Below the pieces are notes generated by a model. The model was not told where the DNA came from. It searched no databases and was given only the letters and a program-made list of their open reading frames with translations. 64,000 nt of DNA, taken from the NCBI GenBank assembly GCA_964618805.1, contig CAZUBM010000003.1, positions 23,742 to 87,741 on the forward strand, written 5' to 3'. Numbering within the stretch: position 1 is the first letter of the stretch; every line of letters starts with the position of its first letter. Positions 19,328 through 27,616 of this stretch are shown here, one piece after another. This DNA comes from an uncultured Nitrososphaerota archaeon. Its GTDB lineage: Archaea; Korarchaeota; Korarchaeia; Korarchaeales; Korarchaeaceae. The translations under genes were made by a program, and so were the position numbers.

Positions 19328-20055
19328 ATATCATATCCCTCCTTAATGACCCCTCTCCAAAGGGGTTATGTTTTTTAATCATATCCCAAATATAAGTTTT
19401 TCTCTTCATATTGACCCTCGGATCGCATGCGAGTACCAAATGGTAGATGAGATCATCATCTCGGAAATATCATATGCATTTAATGCTAGGATGGTAATTC
19501 ATAATTTTCCATTTTATTAATCATTTATTGAGAAAAAAGAAAAAAGACATAAAGAAGAATTCTATTTGAAAATAAATTATTCTAAGATCATTTAATATGT
19601 TCATTTTCTACTGAAAATCAAACGAGTAGTCGATTGTCTCCATCCCATCAGATATGTGATATCAAAATTCATATCATGAAAAGAGGTCTCATGGGGAACT
19701 TTTCTCCACAATGATAAGGCGCTATCCCAACTCAATTTATAAATATGCTAATCCATCGATGACATGCCATGAAACCCAGTTTCAATTATTTTAATAAAAT
19801 GACCTTCATATGATAAAGAAATAACAATCCTTATGAAAAATAGAATACTTAAGCTGATGAGTCCTTCAAACCATGCAAAAGAGCGTCTTTGACCTTAAGA
19901 AGAGCTAGTTAGCCTAGCGAATGCTAAATGGGACCTAGGTGATCTAGGTCTTGGTTGAATTTTTGAAAATTTTTAACAATTCTTGGATTTATTAGAATCA
20001 TCAGCTTAAACAACGAGGGAAAAGTTATATTATCTCAACATTCATAAATTGAGAA
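19328..20055. promoter_or_regulatory. 728-bp AT-rich divergent intergenic region with repeated TCATAT motif
   Basis: No ORF >=60 aa; ATCATATCCC at 19330 and 19378; palindrome GACCTAG-N5-CTAGGTC at 19932-19950; TATA-like AAAGTTATATTA at 20021-20032. Confidence 0.55.
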
Positions 20056-21753
20056 TTGATTGGGTTTGGAAGGAAAAAAGGAGCCTCCAATCCTGCTCTT
20101 ATCGTCAAGATCTTGCTCCTATCTGCCCTTTTGATTCTAATCTTCCTTCCTCCAACTGCCTCTTGGATCTCCAGCTCGTTGAGAAGACTTGACTTAGTTG
20201 GGGGTTACACCTCCATAGAAGTCATTTCCTCAACTGGGATAGGCACCGATAGCCCCGAGGTATACGTGAGGAACCTTGGGCCGAGAATGCTTAGCCTCGG
20301 GTATGATAAGCCTAGAGACCCAGGTCTCTGGCAGGTTTTCGTTGGAAATGAGTTCTTCAAGGTCATAGAGGTAAGGGAGCTGGGAAAAGAGGACAACCTG
20401 TTCGAAGTGCACGAAATAATCTGCCTCAGGCTTGAGGGAAAGCATGTAAAGGGATCATGGAAAATGGTGACGGTTTACGGGCCCGGAGCAACTTTGGCCG
20501 ATCCTCCTGGCAAGATCGAATCCGGATCCATGGGATGGCTTAAGGGAGTTCTGAGCAAGGGAAAGAGAGTTCTGAGTTCGGCTCTGAACTCGGCGAAGAG
20601 AGTCCTTTCCTCAGCGAGGGATAAAATAGTCTCCTCCTTCTCAAGGGTCAAGGAAGCGGTATCATCCGCCAGAACGAAGCTTAAGGAGAGATTCAAGGGC
20701 TATGGCCTCGAAAAGAACGAGCCAGAGGTCAAAGCTGCGAAAGGAGGGGGATCTTTCCTTAGCAGGGCAAAAGATAAGCTGAAGTATGCTTGGAATTGGC
20801 TTAAAGGCAAGGCTTCTTCCTTCTGGAGCTGGTGCAAAAGGCACAAGAAGGAGATAGCGGTTGCTGGAGCGGTTGCAGCGGGAGCAGTCATAACTGTCCT
20901 AACTTTGGGGAGCGCGCTTCCAGTTATAGGGTCAGCTGCAGCAGGGATAAAAGGGGCTGCGATAACGGGTGTCCTGGGGGCTACTGGCTACGGAGCCTTA
21001 TCCTACGCAGGAACCATCTCCCTCTCCCTAGAGAAGTCCGTCCTAATAGGATTTGCTGTTAGCTCAGCATTGTACGGAGTTTCTAAAATCCTCAATAAGC
21101 CTAAGAAGCCTAACCTGGATGATCTAAAACCCAAGGGACCAGTAAAGCCTCAGATAAAGGGGGACTTGATGGAGGACTTGAAGGAGTTCGAGAAGAGGTG
21201 GTCGTTTTTGCCCACAGATCCAGAGGAGCAGCTCAAGATAATAGAGAAATTACGACCTGCAAGGCCCTTGGAGGTAGATCAAAGGTCTCAGACGCCTGAG
21301 ATCTTAAGAGTAAGAAGGAGAAAAAGGAAAATATTTGAGTGGTGGAAGAAGTCTAGGAAAAAAGTAACTCCAGGTCCTCGTCATAGAAAGGCCGAGGAAA
21401 GGCTTTATAGAGTAGCAAATCGCTTCGGAGAATCGTTACATCCAATAAATGGTAAGTCTAAATGGAAATGGGCAAAATCCTATGGAACAGTTCCTGATTT
21501 TGAGTCTAAGAACTACATCTGGGAAGCTGAAACAAGCTCTGCTGATCCATCTCACATTCTAGGCCATCTTAGAGGAAGATTTTCGAGAAGCGGACATCGT
21601 AAAGGCGGTTTCAAACGTTACGCTAGCGAATACGGAAAGGGGATCGTTATCGTATTTGATAAGAAACCCTCAAGGAAGGTTATTGAGTTGCTTATAAAAC
21701 ATGGATTTAAGGCAATATCTGGGAAAGTGGTATGGGTGTGGGAGCCAGGTTAG
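20056..21753 (+). CDS. Putative pilin-fused polymorphic toxin with C-terminal PD-(D/E)xK-like nuclease
   Basis: KKG|AS class III signal peptide plus hydrophobic helix; VYVRNLG..WQVFVG..VTVYGPG pilin/ArlG-like domain; amphipathic repeats; Gly/Ala hydrophobic segment; H443xxxE447..PD481..E490xE492. Confidence 0.65.
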   Translation: MIGFGRKKGASNPALIVKILLLSALLILIFLPPTASWISSSLRRLDLVGGYTSIEVISSTGIGTDSPEVYVRNLGPRMLSLGYDKPRDPGLWQVFVGNEFFKVIEVRELGKEDNLFEVHEIICLRLEGKHVKGSWKMVTVYGPGATLADPPGKIESGSMGWLKGVLSKGKRVLSSALNSAKRVLSSARDKIVSSFSRVKEAVSSARTKLKERFKGYGLEKNEPEVKAAKGGGSFLSRAKDKLKYAWNWLKGKASSFWSWCKRHKKEIAVAGAVAAGAVITVLTLGSALPVIGSAAAGIKGAAITGVLGATGYGALSYAGTISLSLEKSVLIGFAVSSALYGVSKILNKPKKPNLDDLKPKGPVKPQIKGDLMEDLKEFEKRWSFLPTDPEEQLKIIEKLRPARPLEVDQRSQTPEILRVRRRKRKIFEWWKKSRKKVTPGPRHRKAEERLYRVANRFGESLHPINGKSKWKWAKSYGTVPDFESKNYIWEAETSSADPSHILGHLRGRFSRSGHRKGGFKRYASEYGKGIVIVFDKKPSRKVIELLIKHGFKAISGKVVWVWEPG

Positions 21754-21792
21754 GATGAGTTAAAGTGTTAAAGGAACTAAGGAGGTATTCCT

Positions 21793-22350
21793 ATGGAAGC
21801 TAAAAAGGCTATGTGGAAATATATAAGAGATTCTTATCTGGAGCAGTATGGAGATGAGCTTCCAGCCTACTTAAGGGAGTTCATAGCCTCACTTGAGAAG
21901 ATAGAGGGCCCTCACGAGAACCCCACTGCTAAAGAAATTGAGGAAGAGGAGTATGGTCCCCGTATCTTGGAGGATGAGGAATCAGAAGACCTAGGAGTAG
22001 ATAGCGATGTCGCTCTCTTCAAGCTAATGCACGTCTTTGGCATGCCAACGATCTTCATGCTTTACGAAGCTCAATTCAGTTTATTTGGTTATATGTTTGA
22101 GTACAAGGGCTGCCTTTTCTTAGTATCTGATTTCCGCGGAGGTACTTTTGTCGATGCCTATGCCTATAAACGCAAGGTTAGGGATAAGACGACCATAGGC
22201 ATAGCAATGGAGTTCATCTACAGGATGAGGAAGTTCTTAACGAAGGAAATCCCCCTAAACTACGACGATAAGGTCTATTACTCTGGAGAAGGAGAGTTCT
22301 CATACGAGGAAAGAGCAGAGGAGTTGGAAGAAGAGGATCTAGAAGGTTAA
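21793..22350 (+). CDS. Putative immunity protein (acidic)
   Basis: 39 nt downstream of toxin; strong SD AAGGAGGT; about 42 D/E vs 22 K/R; no signal peptide. Confidence 0.6.
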   Translation: MEAKKAMWKYIRDSYLEQYGDELPAYLREFIASLEKIEGPHENPTAKEIEEEEYGPRILEDEESEDLGVDSDVALFKLMHVFGMPTIFMLYEAQFSLFGYMFEYKGCLFLVSDFRGGTFVDAYAYKRKVRDKTTIGIAMEFIYRMRKFLTKEIPLNYDDKVYYSGEGEFSYEERAEELEEEDLEG

Positions 22351-22389
22351 CTGAAAACTATGCTCTGAGCTCAGTTCTTGAAGGCTACA

Positions 22390-23769
22390 TTAGATCTCTA
22401 TTATCCTAACTATATCCGTCGTTCCTCTCCTCAAACCATAGGTAAATACAACTACGTCACCATAGGACAGTTTACCCTCGGATTTTAACTTATTAATGAA
22501 GTCTTGAATTGCTTCGGCTTCTGTTTTGCTTTTGAGCGTATATGAAAATACCCCCCAGTAAATTGTCAGTTTGCTTGATACTTTTTCATCGTTGGATGCA
22601 GCGTAGATCATTGATCTTGGTCTATGTGCCGACATTCTTCTGGCGGTTGCGCCAGTTCTTGTGAAAATTATGATCTTAGCTCCAAGACTGTCGGCAAGTA
22701 GAGCGATTCCCTTTGCAAATCTATCATATATGGTTTTAGCTTCCGGCTTTATTTTTGGAGGCTTAAACTCTCTCTCAGCTTCTTCAATTACGCGTCTCAT
22801 CCACCTTACGGCCTCTATTGGATATCTCCCTATTGCTGTCTCACTTGCTAGTAATAGGGCATCTGCTCCATCAAGAACAGCTGACATTATGTCAACAACC
22901 TCGCTTCTTGTCGGAAAGGGGTGCTCTATCATCGATTCTAAAAGTTGGGTGGCAACCACCGAAGGCTTTCCTTTGCGAAGGGCCTCGCTAATTATGCTGC
23001 GCTGAATATTGGGTATGGTCTCTAAGTCATAATGTAGTCCGAGATCACCTCTAGCGACTAGTATGGCGTCAGCTTGTTCCGTTATCTCGGATATGTTATC
23101 AACTGCATCCTTTGTTTCTATTTTTGCTATGACTCCCACATCTTCTCCTCCTAGTTCGTCTAAAAGCCGTCTTAGCAGTGAAATGTCCTGCCCAGTTCTA
23201 ACGAAGCTCATTCCAACGTAGTCCATCTTATGTTGGACCACGAACTTTACGTTGCTTACGTCTTTCTCGGAAAGTGGTGGAAGTGGGATTGTTTTGTTCT
23301 TAATTGCGATATTCTTCTCTGCTCTTATTGTGCCAGAATTTAGGGCAAGAGCCTTGAACTCTTTTGTGCCGATCTCCTTGACTACTAGCCTTACCCTGCC
23401 TTCATCGATAAGCAAAACATCTCCTTCCGAAATTACAGAGAAAACCTTCTCCTCCGGGATAGGTATCTTCTTAGATCCTTCGGTCTCAGCGGATAGAAAG
23501 AATGTAACCTCCTCGCCTTTTTCCACACCTATCTCATCAAACTTTCCTAACCTTACAGTAGGACCTGAAAGATCTCCTATGAACGCTACTTTTTTGTGCA
23601 CGAGTGATGAGGCTCTTCTGGCTGTATTGATTAATTCATCCCAATATCTCGTTTCGCCGTGAGCAAAATTAATTCTAAGAGCATCTACTCCCTCTCTTAG
23701 CATCATGACGATCGTTTCGAGGTTTTCGCACGCTGGGCCTAAGGTTGCGATTATCTTAGCTCTTTTCAT
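22390..23769 (-). CDS. pyk: Pyruvate kinase
   Basis: KIIATLGPA, RINFAHG, IAKIET, VARGDLG, ATQLLESM..PTRSEV.D. Confidence 0.95.
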   Translation of the reverse strand: MKRAKIIATLGPACENLETIVMMLREGVDALRINFAHGETRYWDELINTARRASSLVHKKVAFIGDLSGPTVRLGKFDEIGVEKGEEVTFFLSAETEGSKKIPIPEEKVFSVISEGDVLLIDEGRVRLVVKEIGTKEFKALALNSGTIRAEKNIAIKNKTIPLPPLSEKDVSNVKFVVQHKMDYVGMSFVRTGQDISLLRRLLDELGGEDVGVIAKIETKDAVDNISEITEQADAILVARGDLGLHYDLETIPNIQRSIISEALRKGKPSVVATQLLESMIEHPFPTRSEVVDIMSAVLDGADALLLASETAIGRYPIEAVRWMRRVIEEAEREFKPPKIKPEAKTIYDRFAKGIALLADSLGAKIIIFTRTGATARRMSAHRPRSMIYAASNDEKVSSKLTIYWGVFSYTLKSKTEAEAIQDFINKLKSEGKLSYGDVVVFTYGLRRGTTDIVRIIEI

Positions 23770-23793
23770 TCCTAAGTAAAGGATCTCAGTGGA

Positions 23794-24549
23794 TTATTTA
23801 AGTTCTGTATCAAGGGACTGAACTTCCCATCCTTTCAAGGTTCTTTCAATAACTCTAGCTACTATCTCGATTACTTCCCTTGCAAATTCCATGCAAGCCT
23901 CTTTTGGAGGAATTTCTGCCTTATCCTCAGGGTGGTATATCAAAATGGAGCCTGGTAGAGGGAAAGCCTCTATTCCCTCTTCAATCAAAAAGATCTGAGA
24001 CTTATCAAAAAGTTCTTTCTTCACAAGATTCTCCTGTATCGCAATTATCATGGCTGTTTCCTCAGTTCCCGCGTGACCTCCTATTGAACCCAAAATCTCC
24101 TTTGATTTCTTAGCAGCATATGCCCACCAGTTGATGAGCAGGGTTCTCACCCGTAGCTCAAGCCAAGCTTGTTTCATAGCTTCAACTATCGCATTCATGT
24201 GCTCTGAGCCGCCATGGCCATTTATTATGACTACTTTATCGAATCCGCTTCTCTTCAGCGAGTTTAAGGTCTGAAAAATCAACTTCTTTAAAGTTTCTCG
24301 CTCTATCGAGAGGTATCCTGGAAAACCAGTTAACGAAGTTGTAACCCCATATGGAATTGTGGGAGCAAGGAGACCATTTAGTTTCTCAACTAGTATTGCT
24401 GAGATATATTGAGGGATCAAGAAGTCGGTTCCTAAAGGGAGGTGAGGTCCATGAGCTTCCACAACCCCTATTGGTAGTGCAACGAACCTAACTTTCTTTC
24501 TTACATCTTTGAGTTCCTTCCAGCTGAGTAACCAAAGCCTTCTCTCCAT
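23794..24549 (-). CDS. Creatininase/ArfB/MftE family amidohydrolase
   Basis: PIGVVEAHGPHLPLGTD, NGHGG, GHAGTEET. Confidence 0.88.
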   Translation of the reverse strand: MERRLWLLSWKELKDVRKKVRFVALPIGVVEAHGPHLPLGTDFLIPQYISAILVEKLNGLLAPTIPYGVTTSLTGFPGYLSIERETLKKLIFQTLNSLKRSGFDKVVIINGHGGSEHMNAIVEAMKQAWLELRVRTLLINWWAYAAKKSKEILGSIGGHAGTEETAMIIAIQENLVKKELFDKSQIFLIEEGIEAFPLPGSILIYHPEDKAEIPPKEACMEFAREVIEIVARVIERTLKGWEVQSLDTELK

Positions 24550-24550
24550 A

Positions 24551-25873
24551 TTATCCCCTCTCAGAAAGGAAATCAGACATAATCTCCTCCAGATTTGGGC
24601 TGCCTATCTCCTGCAGTTCATATCTAACATGAACCACGGGTTTGTTCAAGCTAAGATATCTTGACAGATCTGTTGGAGTTCCGAGGATCACAGAGTCTGC
24701 TGGTATTGAGTTCAGTACCCCCTCGAGTTCTTTCATCTGCATCTTGCCATATCCCATCGCAGCAAGGACCGGTCCAATATGCTTGTATCTCTTATATGCT
24801 TTCTTTAGGGATCCCTTCAGCCAAGGTCTGGGATCTATTATTTCAGAAGCTCCAAATTTCCTTGCAGCAATGTATCCAACCCCTGTAGGCATTTCACCGT
24901 GAGTAATCGTTGGACCATCCTCAAGAACCACCACCTTCCTGTTCCTTATTAGATCTGGTCTATCGACGATCAGCGGAGATGCTGCCTCTATTACAATAGC
25001 TTTATTGTTTACTGAGATCACATTTCGCCTCACACTCTCGATCTGGTCTCTGGAAGCACTGTCCACTTTATTTATGATTATTACATCGGCCATCCTGACA
25101 TTCACGCTTCCTGGCCAATAAGTTAGCTCGTGACCTGCCCTTAGAGGATCAACTACGGTTATCAAAAGATCTGGTTTGTAGAAGGGGAAGTCGTTGTTCC
25201 CTCCATCCCAAAGGATTATATCTGCTTCCTTCTCTGCTCTCCTCAAGATCTTTTCGTAATCCACTCCTGCATAAACCACATTTCCCATCCTTAGGTGCGG
25301 TTCATAGTCTTCTCTCTCTTCAATCGTACATTCATTTCTATCTAAGTCTTCTAGCGTCTCAAATCGCTGTACCACTTGTTTTCTTAAGTCCCCATAAGGC
25401 ATAGGATGTCTTACAACTACAACCTTAAGTCCATTCTTTCTGAGTATTTTTGCCACTCTTCTACTAGTTTGGCTCTTCCCAGAACCTGTTCTTGCAGCAG
25501 TTACTGCAATTACTGGTTTTTCAGACTTCAGCATAGTGCTTTTAGGTCCAAGCAACATGAAATCAGCTCCACATGATTGAGCTATAGAAGCCCTTTCCAT
25601 AATGTAGTTGAAGGAAATGTCGCTGTAAGCAAATACAACGACATCAACCCCTTTCTCTTCGATTATTTGAGGTAGTTCTTCCTCTGGAATTATGGGTATC
25701 CCATCCGGATATCTAGGACCTGCAAGCTCTGGTGGATATACTCTTCCAGCTATGCCAGGGAGTTGGGCAGCTGTGAAGGCAATGACTTGATAATCTGGAT
25801 TGTCTCTGAAGAACACGTTGAAATTATGGAAGTCTCTTCCAGCTGCACCCATTATAACGACTTTTCTAGCCAT
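24551..25873 (-). CDS. cDPG-synthetase-like P-loop ligase, ArcE (arginine synthetase)-like subgroup
   Basis: GAAGRDFHNFN N-terminus, RTGSGKSQTS, RHPMPYG, TIEEREDYEPH, WDGGNND, EDGPTITHG. Confidence 0.75.
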   Translation of the reverse strand: MARKVVIMGAAGRDFHNFNVFFRDNPDYQVIAFTAAQLPGIAGRVYPPELAGPRYPDGIPIIPEEELPQIIEEKGVDVVVFAYSDISFNYIMERASIAQSCGADFMLLGPKSTMLKSEKPVIAVTAARTGSGKSQTSRRVAKILRKNGLKVVVVRHPMPYGDLRKQVVQRFETLEDLDRNECTIEEREDYEPHLRMGNVVYAGVDYEKILRRAEKEADIILWDGGNNDFPFYKPDLLITVVDPLRAGHELTYWPGSVNVRMADVIIINKVDSASRDQIESVRRNVISVNNKAIVIEAASPLIVDRPDLIRNRKVVVLEDGPTITHGEMPTGVGYIAARKFGASEIIDPRPWLKGSLKKAYKRYKHIGPVLAAMGYGKMQMKELEGVLNSIPADSVILGTPTDLSRYLSLNKPVVHVRYELQEIGSPNLEEIMSDFLSERG

Positions 25874-25934
25874 TAAGCATCCATCTTGCTTAGGTGGGAT
25901 AAATCTTTAACATTATGCCTTGAAGTTTCGGAGG

Positions 25935-26918
25935 ATGAGATTATCCGAACTTGGTGAGAGAAAGCTCATAGAGCTAGTGATGAAGCTAGTAAGAATAGAT
26001 CCTAGATCTCTTCTTAAGCTAGGGGTGGACGATGCTGATGCCCTTTCTCTAGAAAAGGGTATCTATGTTTTTAACACTGACTTTGTAGCGGAGTCAACTG
26101 ATAGACTTCCTGGAATGACATATTGGCAGCTTGCAAGGAAATGCATTGTTGCAAATGTAGCGGATCTTGCAGCTAAAGGAGCAAAGCCCGAAGGGTTCCT
26201 AGCTTCCGTTGCTCTCCCATCCGATTTCGATTTAAATTCCTTTAAGGAGATATTCAAAGGATTAGATCAGGGGGCTGCAGAATACGGTTCTTATCTGCTT
26301 GGTGGCGACTTAGGTGAAGCAAAGGAAGTTGTGATTTCCATATCAGCTTTTGGTAGGGTTAGGAAGAAACTTATCTCTCGTGATGGTGCTAAGGAGGGCG
26401 ATATAGTTGCTGTAACCGGGTTCTTTGGTTGGAATACATTAGCATTTAAGGCCTTATTGGAAGGTCTCGAACTCCCTGATAAAATAAGGAAGAAGGCATT
26501 AGAATCTGTTTTTATGCCAAAAGCCCCGTTAAGAGAGGGATTAATTTTATCTGAATCTGGAGTAGTTACTTCAGCAATTGATAGCAGTGATGGACTTTAC
26601 GCTTCCCTAAATCATCTTTCCAAAACAAGCAAGGTTGGTTTTCTTGTGGAAAATCTTCCTGTTGAAGATGAATTGATTAAATTCATATCAAGAAAAGGTT
26701 TGGACCCAATTCAGATTATTTTTTATGGTGGTGAAGAATTTCACCTCGTTTTTACAGTATCACCCCCGGATTGGCCAAAAGTGAAACTTGCTCTCTCTTC
26801 CGAAGGTCTTAAAGCGATTCCTATTGGAAAAGTGATTTCAAGAACCGGCATTGTTGTCGTGCAAAATTCGAGAAGAATAAGACTTCATAAGGGAGGATGG
26901 GAGCATTTTACTGGTTAA
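25935..26918 (+). CDS. thiL: Thiamine-monophosphate kinase
   Basis: GERKLI, DDA, NVADLAAKGA, GGD, DSSDGL, GGEEFHL, GWEHF. Confidence 0.9.
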   Translation: MRLSELGERKLIELVMKLVRIDPRSLLKLGVDDADALSLEKGIYVFNTDFVAESTDRLPGMTYWQLARKCIVANVADLAAKGAKPEGFLASVALPSDFDLNSFKEIFKGLDQGAAEYGSYLLGGDLGEAKEVVISISAFGRVRKKLISRDGAKEGDIVAVTGFFGWNTLAFKALLEGLELPDKIRKKALESVFMPKAPLREGLILSESGVVTSAIDSSDGLYASLNHLSKTSKVGFLVENLPVEDELIKFISRKGLDPIQIIFYGGEEFHLVFTVSPPDWPKVKLALSSEGLKAIPIGKVISRTGIVVVQNSRRIRLHKGGWEHFTG

Positions 26919-27313
26919 GTCGATAAAACTACCTTCTCTCCAGTTCCTATCGATCTAAGAACTTCCATTCCCTCTAGAACCTCTCCTAAGGGGGTTACTG
27001 GGAAATCTATATTTAAGTCAGTTAGTGCTATGATGAGAGATTTGTTAGCCGGAGAGAAGACCAATTGACCTTTCTTTAGCTTTTTTAATGGTCTTTCGAG
27101 CCTTCCTTCCAGATTAATGCTGATATATAGGAGATCATTCGCTTTTATTGTTAGCCCACTTAGAGGAACGTTCTTGTAAAGCCTCTCAACAGTGATAGGA
27201 GATAAATGCCTAGTTAAGAGAATCTTAACGTCTCCAGCCTTTGTTTTCAATTTTACTGTATACTCTCCGACCCCTTCAAGCAAGATCTCTCCCTTCCCCA
27301 CGAAGAAGAACAA
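26915..27313 (-). CDS. Cyclophilin-like fold protein (start uncertain)
   Basis: RHLSPITV..PL..LKKGQLVFSP..SLII..PLGEV pattern. Confidence 0.6.
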   Translation of the reverse strand: MFFFVGKGEILLEGVGEYTVKLKTKAGDVKILLTRHLSPITVERLYKNVPLSGLTIKANDLLYISINLEGRLERPLKKLKKGQLVFSPANKSLIIALTDLNIDFPVTPLGEVLEGMEVLRSIGTGEKVVLST

Positions 27314-27316
27314 TGT

Positions 27317-27565
27317 TTACTTTGCCTTAACTCCTCTATAAATCCTAAGTTTTGAGTTACCGTTGACGTATACAACTAGTCCCCTCTTGTAAAAATCTCT
27401 GAGCAACCTCTTTGCAGTACTGACCCTTATTCCATGTTTGATCGCTAAAGACTGTGGAGTTATAACTGGGCTACTTACAACCTCTTTTTCGATAGTCTTC
27501 AGCAAAGATTCTGATGGCCAAAGTATCCTCACGGCTTTCTCTTCGCCTTTTTCCCTAGCACTCAT
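27317..27565 (-). CDS. rps25e: 30S ribosomal protein S25e
   Basis: VITPxSLAxKxGIRVSTAKRLLR..GLV..RIY. Confidence 0.85.
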   Translation of the reverse strand: MSAREKGEEKAVRILWPSESLLKTIEKEVVSSPVITPQSLAIKHGIRVSTAKRLLRDFYKRGLVVYVNGNSKLRIYRGVKAK

Positions 27566-27616
27566 TGGCGACCCTCTTTACAAGATCTTTCAAGAGGTCA
27601 GATAAAAGCTTTGAGT

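Noticed and set aside
19854-19950. CTGATGAGTCC resembling a hammerhead ribozyme core
   Set aside because: No GGAC-GAAA closing stem II and no stems I/III could be built.
20482-20511. PGATLADPPG resembling the Rhs PxxxxDPxG autocleavage motif just before the toxin's helical region
   Set aside because: Spacing is off by one, the paired upstream DPxG is missing and there are no YD repeats; insufficient evidence.
24551-25873. Annotation as true cyclic 2,3-diphosphoglycerate synthetase
   Set aside because: Lacks the DGEHYP-type N-terminus, has the GAAGRDFHN subgroup signature, and no 2-phosphoglycerate kinase gene is adjacent.
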